Origin: a virus
IMG/VR virus record: IMGVR_UViG_3300020156_000448
Coordinates: 32,001-96,000 of that record
DNA: 64,000 bases
Strand: one strand, 5' to 3'
Below, in pieces: positions 58,321 through 64,000 of the stretch. The translations under genes and the position numbers were made by a program. The first letter of the stretch is position 1. Each line of letters begins with the position of its first letter. The notes beneath the pieces were generated by a model, which was given only the letters and a program-made list of their open reading frames with translations, searched no databases and was not told the DNA's origin.

Positions 58321-58343
58321 TTTATATTTACCTTTCTTTAAGG

Positions 58344-58360
58344 ATGTATATATGTATATA
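58344..58360. promoter_or_regulatory. tandem ATGTATATA boxes
   Basis: ATGTATATATGTATATA upstream of the spoVS-like gene. Confidence 0.4.
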
Positions 58361-58392
58361 TCATGCTACTAATTTTGGTACAAATTATATGG

Positions 58393-59559
58393 TTATATAT
58401 TCAAGTGGAGCTTTATCTCTTTGCAGCTTTTCAACTTACTTAACCAAAACTTAACTTCGTCTTCTTCATAATTAAAAAATTTACTTAAATCAGCAGAAGT
58501 ATATCCACTAAATACAAGAGGAAGAATGTTTTCGAAGAACTTAATTAAGCCTGCTTTATCCTTGGTATGCTTGAAAAACTTTCTCTTTCTGTACCCCAAA
58601 TATTTAGAGTGCAATACTTCTGAGAATTTAGCCGAGTATTCCTTGCACATATCTGTTAAAGCTAGACTCATGCTCTCTGGAACAAAACAAGAAGTGTCTT
58701 CCCCGATATCAGAGATATAATATCCTTTCATCATTAGAGATGGCTGTCTTTTATCTATGATGATATTTGCGTAATCCTCTCCAGTAGTAGCATCTACATC
58801 ATAAATATAAATATTAGGAGAAGCAATATCAGCGTTAGGAAACATATGCCTATAGGAGTTTACGATTACGGATTTAATTGCCGCTCTCTGTCTCGTACTA
58901 TATTCATTGCCTTCCCAAGCAAACTTGCCTTTTTCAGCAGGCTCTTCCCAAGAGTCAAATTCTTCTTTGCCTATTTCGCCAATAATGTGATTATGAAGAT
59001 GAGAATGTCCTGGAAATCCTGGCAGGGCTTTAGACTTATTTTGAAGCAAATGAATTCGAGTAATTGCCCCAACGTATCTCCCGCAAAGTTGGCATTGAAC
59101 GCCATTGGCTTTACTAGCTCTAGAGTTTTTTCTTTCAAAATCTTCAAATCTACACTTAACATTATTGGTTAAGTATGTATGAAACTTACTGTCTTCTCCA
59201 TTATATGTCATTACAGATACAAAGAATCTGTGCAGAAGATCGGCATACATATCATCGGTATCTTCAATATGAAAATTACAACATTGTTTATAAAGCCAAT
59301 CTTCATATTTAAAGAACAACTCATTAAACTCTACTGTGTCAAAGCGACCTTTATCAGTCACAAAGTTTTCAATAAACTTATTACATGTGGGACATTTGAT
59401 CTTTAGTACTATTTTGCCTCTTGGGTCTTTTGGATGATCATCATACAGCATTTCATAATTACATACTGTGCACTGCCATTTTCCTCCTGACCTGTATTCT
59501 TCATACTGTTGCTTGACCTTAGCTATTAATTGTTTTTCATATACATTTTTTTTAGTCAT
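58393..59559 (-). CDS. sigma-70-like factor with zinc-finger insertions
   Basis: N-terminal CTVC..CPTC; region-2-like EDTDDMYADL...F..SV.TY......FHTYL...V; CQLC...HL...H finger; C-terminal HTH GYTSADLSKFFN.....VK..L.K. Confidence 0.6.
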   Translation of the reverse strand: MTKKNVYEKQLIAKVKQQYEEYRSGGKWQCTVCNYEMLYDDHPKDPRGKIVLKIKCPTCNKFIENFVTDKGRFDTVEFNELFFKYEDWLYKQCCNFHIEDTDDMYADLLHRFFVSVMTYNGEDSKFHTYLTNNVKCRFEDFERKNSRASKANGVQCQLCGRYVGAITRIHLLQNKSKALPGFPGHSHLHNHIIGEIGKEEFDSWEEPAEKGKFAWEGNEYSTRQRAAIKSVIVNSYRHMFPNADIASPNIYIYDVDATTGEDYANIIIDKRQPSLMMKGYYISDIGEDTSCFVPESMSLALTDMCKEYSAKFSEVLHSKYLGYRKRKFFKHTKDKAGLIKFFENILPLVFSGYTSADLSKFFNYEEDEVKFWLSKLKSCKEIKLHLNI

Positions 59560-60547
59560 CGTAATCTAACCTCTTGTCAATCTTAATATACAACTTGTTC
59601 ATTCTTTCATCTCCACCCATCTCTTCATATTGTTCAGGAAAGCAATTGTGCATAAAAGGGCAAGGTGGAAACTTTACGCTCCCTTGTGGGGCTGGGTAGC
59701 CTTGGCAGCTAAACTTCAAATCCCTATAACCGTAGGGTAATATTTCTGGAATCATAGACTCAGGGATATCTGGAACAGTGCCTTCCCTATAACACTTAAT
59801 TCCCAATGCTGCTCTTTTCTTAACTTCTTCAATGATTTCATTATCTTGAACAAGTAGAAATTCTTTAATTTCCATGCTGTTCTTATTTTCATAGAACAAG
59901 AAGGCGGCAGGCACACCTAAAATATACATGTAGATATTGACCTGAAACACATGAGCTTCCAATGGCTCATTTCTGCGATTAAGCTCATCATATACTGATT
60001 TACTGCATGTTTTAAAATCGATAACAAAAAGATTACCATTTAATGCCAAAACGCCATCAGTATGACCATGAAGTTCCATTTCTTCATCATCTACAGATAG
60101 CTCTTTATATTCAAAAATAGACTTAGGACCAGCAACAATATTTCCAACATCATCAACTACGGCAGATGTCTTTTTAGCATTGTTGCAATTGGGACATTCA
60201 GAAGGCTTTAGTACGCCAATCTTTGAGTCGTTTCCGATTACAAATTCACAATTAGAGCAAATCCAACGACCATAAAGGAAGCCCATATCACCAAAATGGG
60301 ATTGAAGTCTAGCATGAGTGCTATGACCATTTTCAAACGTTCTCTGCATCTTAGGAATTGTATAGAATTTGCCTTCATGCCCTAGACGCATTTTTACCGC
60401 TTTACGTATGCAGTAACCCATATCTGAGGGATGGAATTTTCTATACGATCTAAACTGAGAATTAACATGATCGTGGGTCAACCAATCATCATACTTCTTG
60501 GTTATCACGTCAGTTACTCTCACATTTTTATAAATATCAAGGCTCAT
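59552..60547 (-). CDS. Cas4-like PD-(D/E)XK exonuclease
   Basis: HPS..G.C.R, G...H, GHTDG, IDFKT, Q..IYM, C-terminal C...CP....C; internal Zn ribbon. Confidence 0.82.
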   Translation of the reverse strand: MSLDIYKNVRVTDVITKKYDDWLTHDHVNSQFRSYRKFHPSDMGYCIRKAVKMRLGHEGKFYTIPKMQRTFENGHSTHARLQSHFGDMGFLYGRWICSNCEFVIGNDSKIGVLKPSECPNCNNAKKTSAVVDDVGNIVAGPKSIFEYKELSVDDEEMELHGHTDGVLALNGNLFVIDFKTCSKSVYDELNRRNEPLEAHVFQVNIYMYILGVPAAFLFYENKNSMEIKEFLLVQDNEIIEEVKKRAALGIKCYREGTVPDIPESMIPEILPYGYRDLKFSCQGYPAPQGSVKFPPCPFMHNCFPEQYEEMGGDERMNKLYIKIDKRLDYDD

Positions 60548-60548
60548 T

Positions 60549-61364
60549 TTAATTCGTCACTTTCAACAAAGAACTTAATCTTTGTCTTTGTCTTTCTTCG
60601 AAGCTGGTGCTTTTATCCTTTAAAATTTGATCAATTCTGTCTTTTATTGGTTGTGCGCCGTATTGCATTACAAATTGATGAGGATCGTATCCATCTGGTA
60701 ATAAAACATAATCGGAGTCAAAAGTTATGTCATGTTTTGCCCTATTTAAAAACTTCAGTCCGGCTGAATCATGATCAAAAAGAAAGATTGCCAGATCACA
60801 ATATCTCAATAATTTATTAACGTGATGTTCAGTAAGTGCTGATCCCAGTACTCCCACGACATTTTTAATACCGTGCTGGTATAAAATAGCAACGTCAAAT
60901 TGACCTTCCGCTATGATTACATAGTTTTCTTTGATGATGTGCTTTTTAGCCACGTTAAGTCCGAATAAGAAGCTACTCTTAATAAATGAGCTATGAAGTT
61001 TGGATTTATGATAGTCTTTCTTTTCAGAACCGTCTGCCGACCTCCAAGAAACAATTCTGTTTGTCTCTGTTTCTAGAACGTATTTATTACCTATTGCGTC
61101 TTGGTAATCATAAGTTATCATTCTTCCAGAAAGAGCCACAGGAACATTGTATTCATCTATGAGAGGAAATATAATCCTGCGCTCCCATCTCTTATCCTTA
61201 TAACCGTCTTCTCCTGTAATAGGACCAAGACACCATCCCACTCTATAATCTGAGATGGTGTCTTGACTAATACCGCGAGAAGCTAGATAATCTCTTGCTA
61301 CTAAGCCATCTTCCGACTGAAGTTGATATTGAAAAGATTCAACTAATTTAGCAAGATTTTCCAT
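60549..61364 (-). CDS. dnaG: DnaG-type primase catalytic core (no Zn-binding domain)
   Basis: YL.SRGI, RIIFP, .GR, F.KS..LFGL, EGQFD, LGSALT..H, FDHDSAG, DP. Confidence 0.87.
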   Translation of the reverse strand: MENLAKLVESFQYQLQSEDGLVARDYLASRGISQDTISDYRVGWCLGPITGEDGYKDKRWERRIIFPLIDEYNVPVALSGRMITYDYQDAIGNKYVLETETNRIVSWRSADGSEKKDYHKSKLHSSFIKSSFLFGLNVAKKHIIKENYVIIAEGQFDVAILYQHGIKNVVGVLGSALTEHHVNKLLRYCDLAIFLFDHDSAGLKFLNRAKHDITFDSDYVLLPDGYDPHQFVMQYGAQPIKDRIDQILKDKSTSFEERQRQRLSSLLKVTN

Positions 61365-61367
61365 TTA

Positions 61368-62573
61368 CTATTCTTCAATTCCTAGAAGTCTATTTCTTTC
61401 TTTTTCAATAATTACTTCCAGCTTATCCATAGAAAATGTCTCTGGAAGCAATTCTTCTTTAAGCTCTTGTGCAGCTTGCATCAGAAAGATACGACTTGCC
61501 ATTTCGCCAACTAAGTCACCAAGGGTTGCTTGCTTAACAAAGTCTTCAAATGATGGATAAGTCAGTTTATCATCATCTAATGTCTTGTAGATGATTTCAC
61601 CCTTATATATTCTCCAAATACCAGCTTTTTTAGCTTTCCCTATTACTTCCATAATCATATCAGGATCATCGAAGTACAACTCAAACACGCCTGCTCTCAT
61701 TGGGGGTGCGAATTTATTTTTGATAAACTTTACAACTACATATTGACCAATAACATTTTCTTGAGTATCGTATATATTGTAAGATTTTTCTTTTTCGTCG
61801 TAATGCTTACGAACGTCACAGCGAACCTGAGCAAAGAACTTAAGTGCACGTCCGCCTGGAGTATCGTCAGGGTTAGCAAACTTAGAAGCATTCATCTTGG
61901 TTCTTAACTGATTAATCAACACTACCGCTGTCTGGAATTGGCGGCAAAGTGGAGCCAATTTAGAAAGTGCACGTGTCAGAAGTTTAGCAATAGGAGCATA
62001 GTTCTGATCTTCTAAGCTGGATTCCATTTCAACCTTAGGCTGCAAGGCGGCTACGGAGTCGATAACCACAATAGAGATTAAACCTTGCTTGATAAGCTCA
62101 TATATCTTTTCAAATAGGTCTTCTCCCATACAAGGCTCAATCTTAATTAATTGTGCCGTATCGATACCAATTTTTTGCATGCGCTCATTGGTTGTTCCAC
62201 CTTCCAAGTCGCAATACACTGCGTACTTATCAGGAAATACTCTTTGCGCCATTGCTACCAAGCGCTGAGCCATATAAGATTTACCAGAGCTTTCTGGACC
62301 ATACAATTCGATGATAGCATTATTAGGATAACCTCCAATGCCTGCCGCTGTATCCACCATTGGGAATCCACTTGGGATTGGAACAGTAGGATACCAACTT
62401 TCATCTGCAAAGCCAGCGCCTACACCAACCATTTCTTCATCTTTGTATGCTGTGTTTAATTTGGATAATACCTTCTTAATTTTTGCTTCTGTAGCTTTAT
62501 CCTTAGAAGGTACAGGATCGCTAACTGAAAAAGAGGAGCCAGGAAGACCTGGCTCCTTATTAATATTTGTCAT
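61368..62573 (-). CDS. recA: RecA recombinase
   Basis: G.GGYP...I.ELYGPESSGKS, IDSVAAL.PK.E, INQLR.K, TPGGRALKF.A..R, KNK.APP. Confidence 0.95.
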   Translation of the reverse strand: MTNINKEPGLPGSSFSVSDPVPSKDKATEAKIKKVLSKLNTAYKDEEMVGVGAGFADESWYPTVPIPSGFPMVDTAAGIGGYPNNAIIELYGPESSGKSYMAQRLVAMAQRVFPDKYAVYCDLEGGTTNERMQKIGIDTAQLIKIEPCMGEDLFEKIYELIKQGLISIVVIDSVAALQPKVEMESSLEDQNYAPIAKLLTRALSKLAPLCRQFQTAVVLINQLRTKMNASKFANPDDTPGGRALKFFAQVRCDVRKHYDEKEKSYNIYDTQENVIGQYVVVKFIKNKFAPPMRAGVFELYFDDPDMIMEVIGKAKKAGIWRIYKGEIIYKTLDDDKLTYPSFEDFVKQATLGDLVGEMASRIFLMQAAQELKEELLPETFSMDKLEVIIEKERNRLLGIEE

Positions 62574-62586
62574 TTTACTACCTCAA

Positions 62587-63693
62587 TTATTTAACTACTT
62601 GCTGCAAGCTTGCTAGCATGTCATCAACACTAGGAACGGCTGTATTTGCCATTGGAGCGGCTGCTTGTGGGGCGGCTGCTTGCTGAGGCTCATATACAGG
62701 TGTGATGGGAGCAGTCGGCTGAGATACATATGCGCCAGCGGCTGGCTCAGCTTGCATTGAAGCCTGAGGTGCCTGTTGTGGCTGATATATTGGCTGCTGT
62801 TGAACTACTTGAGCAGGTGCTTGCGGCTGAAAGGCTGGCTGTGCAGGAGCTACAGGTGCCTGTGGTTGGTAAGCTGGCTGTTGCTGTGGAATAACCACAT
62901 TCGGAGCAGGAGCAGCGCTACCAGTGCGGAAACCACCAGCATTGCCGCCAAAACCACCAGCGGTATTGCCTCCGCTAGCAGCAGGAGCTTCAGGATTTAA
63001 CACTGAGTTCTTGTTGATTAGCGGATTGTATTCATCAACTAGATTGTATACAAGGGGCTTATTTGTTCCACCACCGTTAAAGAGCATTTCATACTCTTGT
63101 TGAGAAATCGGCGCAGTGCCTGGATCACTCCAAGATGCTTCATAAATGATTTCTCTAGGCTCTGGCTTCTGACCAGCAGGCTTACGAGGATACTTAACTT
63201 CGATTGTGAAAACTGGACCATAAGTAGGGTCACTTGGATAATAGCCTGTCTGGTTATAGAAGTCTTCCAGCCATTTGTATACAGCGTAAGGAAATTCCAT
63301 TACGCGAACATTTGGTGGGCTACCAGCGGCTTTAAGCTGATCGTTCTCATTCTGTTCGAGAACGTTAATCACAAATCGCTTACGGGATTCATCTGATTCG
63401 CACTTGTAGCAGTAAGTCTGCTCTGAAGTATAATCTACTAGATTTCCAGCGGCGTCGCGCTGCTTGTAGATATAGTCACCGCGCCTAATTGACCCATCTT
63501 CTGCGGTATAATCTGGATTGCGAATCTCTAGGGTCTTTGCGCAAATCTTACGCCCATCGGGATTCCAATGGAAGAGAAATGCGTGATATTCTCCAAGTAG
63601 TCTAACTCTATAGACTCCTGGTTCACTAATTTTAAGATACTTATCGTTCTTTCTTGCAGCACTAGCTGCTCTTACGCCTGTTCCAAACAACAT
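62587..63693 (-). CDS. single-stranded DNA-binding protein (gp32-like) with a long Pro/Gln/Ala tail
   Basis: YLK......VRLLG.....H, C...C..C, RF.INV, Y.PSD...G..F.I; located next to recA; start moved to ATG 63693 (GGAGG RBS). Confidence 0.65.
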   Translation of the reverse strand: MLFGTGVRAASAARKNDKYLKISEPGVYRVRLLGEYHAFLFHWNPDGRKICAKTLEIRNPDYTAEDGSIRRGDYIYKQRDAAGNLVDYTSEQTYCYKCESDESRKRFVINVLEQNENDQLKAAGSPPNVRVMEFPYAVYKWLEDFYNQTGYYPSDPTYGPVFTIEVKYPRKPAGQKPEPREIIYEASWSDPGTAPISQQEYEMLFNGGGTNKPLVYNLVDEYNPLINKNSVLNPEAPAASGGNTAGGFGGNAGGFRTGSAAPAPNVVIPQQQPAYQPQAPVAPAQPAFQPQAPAQVVQQQPIYQPQQAPQASMQAEPAAGAYVSQPTAPITPVYEPQQAAAPQAAAPMANTAVPSVDDMLASLQQVVK

Positions 63694-63775
63694 TTTGTTG
63701 TCCTCCGTATGTTTAACTATATGATTTACGTTATTTAACACTCTTTGAGTGAAACGTTCGAAACATATATACAAT

Positions 63776-63806
63776 TTGTATACAATTAACTAATGTATAT
63801 ATTTAC
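63776..63806. promoter_or_regulatory. conserved element TTGTATACA-N7-AATGTATATATTTAC (extra inverted box at about 63766-63774)
   Basis: Same arms and spacing as 49762-49792; upstream of the SSB-recA-dnaG unit. Confidence 0.7.
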
Positions 63807-63814
63807 TAACAATC

Positions 63815-64000
63815 CTATCTTTTTCTATCTACTTGAATAGAACGCCCAGGACTGAGATTCTCTCGATTTTGCCAGTAACCTAACACACGTGATAAGTCAT
63901 CTCTAGCAGCTTCGACAGCCTCGCGTTTACCTTGCACATTAAAAAGCAAATCTTCATACACTTGCTTTTTAAAGTAAATGTCTTGAAGCTTAACTACGAC
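63815..64000 (-). CDS. 3' end of a helical protein (possibly a UvsY-like recombination mediator)
   Basis: Open frame ...YEDLLFNVQGKREAVEAARDDLSRVLGYWQ...KR* ending at TAG 63815; upstream of SSB and recA; family call is inferred from context. Confidence 0.45.
   Translation of the reverse strand, partial: VVVKLQDIYFKKQVYEDLLFNVQGKREAVEAARDDLSRVLGYWQNRENLSPGRSIQVDRKR

Noticed and set aside
59552-60547. Cas4 as part of a CRISPR-Cas locus
   Set aside because: No repeat-spacer array or other cas gene was seen; its position beside primase and RecA fits a phage recombination exonuclease.
1-64000. Stop-codon reassignment, as in some large phages
   Set aside because: Conserved genes are full length in code 11, coding density is high, and TAA, TAG and TGA all end genes.
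1-64000. tRNA genes accompanying the CCA-type enzymes
   Set aside because: No cloverleaf or T-loop signature was seen in the short intergenic gaps by eye; a tRNAscan-SE run would be needed to be sure.
1-64000. Bacterial chromosome origin, suggested by clpC, clpP, dnaN, dnaX, recA and the two-component genes
   Set aside because: Terminase, fibres, T4-like dNMP kinase, phage-type ThyX and SSB, single-strand gene packing and the divergence of the host-like genes indicate a large phage.

Overview
This window is 64 kb of an AT-rich, very large (jumbo-type) tailed bacteriophage genome. Every credible gene is on the minus strand and reads in the standard bacterial code. Read in transcription order (right to left), it has four parts. 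(1) A replication/recombination block: SSB, RecA, DnaG core, Cas4-like nuclease, Zn-finger sigma-like protein, SpoVS-like protein and Ski2/Hel308-like helicase. (2) A host-like proteostasis and metabolism block: McsA, three lipoproteins, class II RNR, ADP-ribosylhydrolase, ClpC, dNMP kinase, DnaX, SigH-like sigma, DHH phosphoesterase, ClpP, beta clamp, GT2-GH99 fusion, ThyX, HolA and RuvC. (3) A late block starting near 30.4 kb with the terminase. (4) Three fibre genes and two sulfotransferases at the left end. The most unusual part is about 9.9-24.2 kb. It holds three class II (CCA/poly(A)-type) nucleotidyltransferases: a 2025-aa zincin + CCA + HD giant, and two short paralogs whose nucleotide-templating EDxxR motif is replaced by xNxxI. 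These are interleaved with a cytoplasmic PAS-PAS histidine kinase and stand-alone receiver, a trypsin-like protease, DUF192 and a HAD phosphatase. Many proteins of this block share a K-x-A motif. Two candidate cis-motifs recur in intergenic gaps: SigH-like AGGA-N17/18-GAA and TGTATAYA boxes. All family calls come from motifs read by eye; no database search was run.
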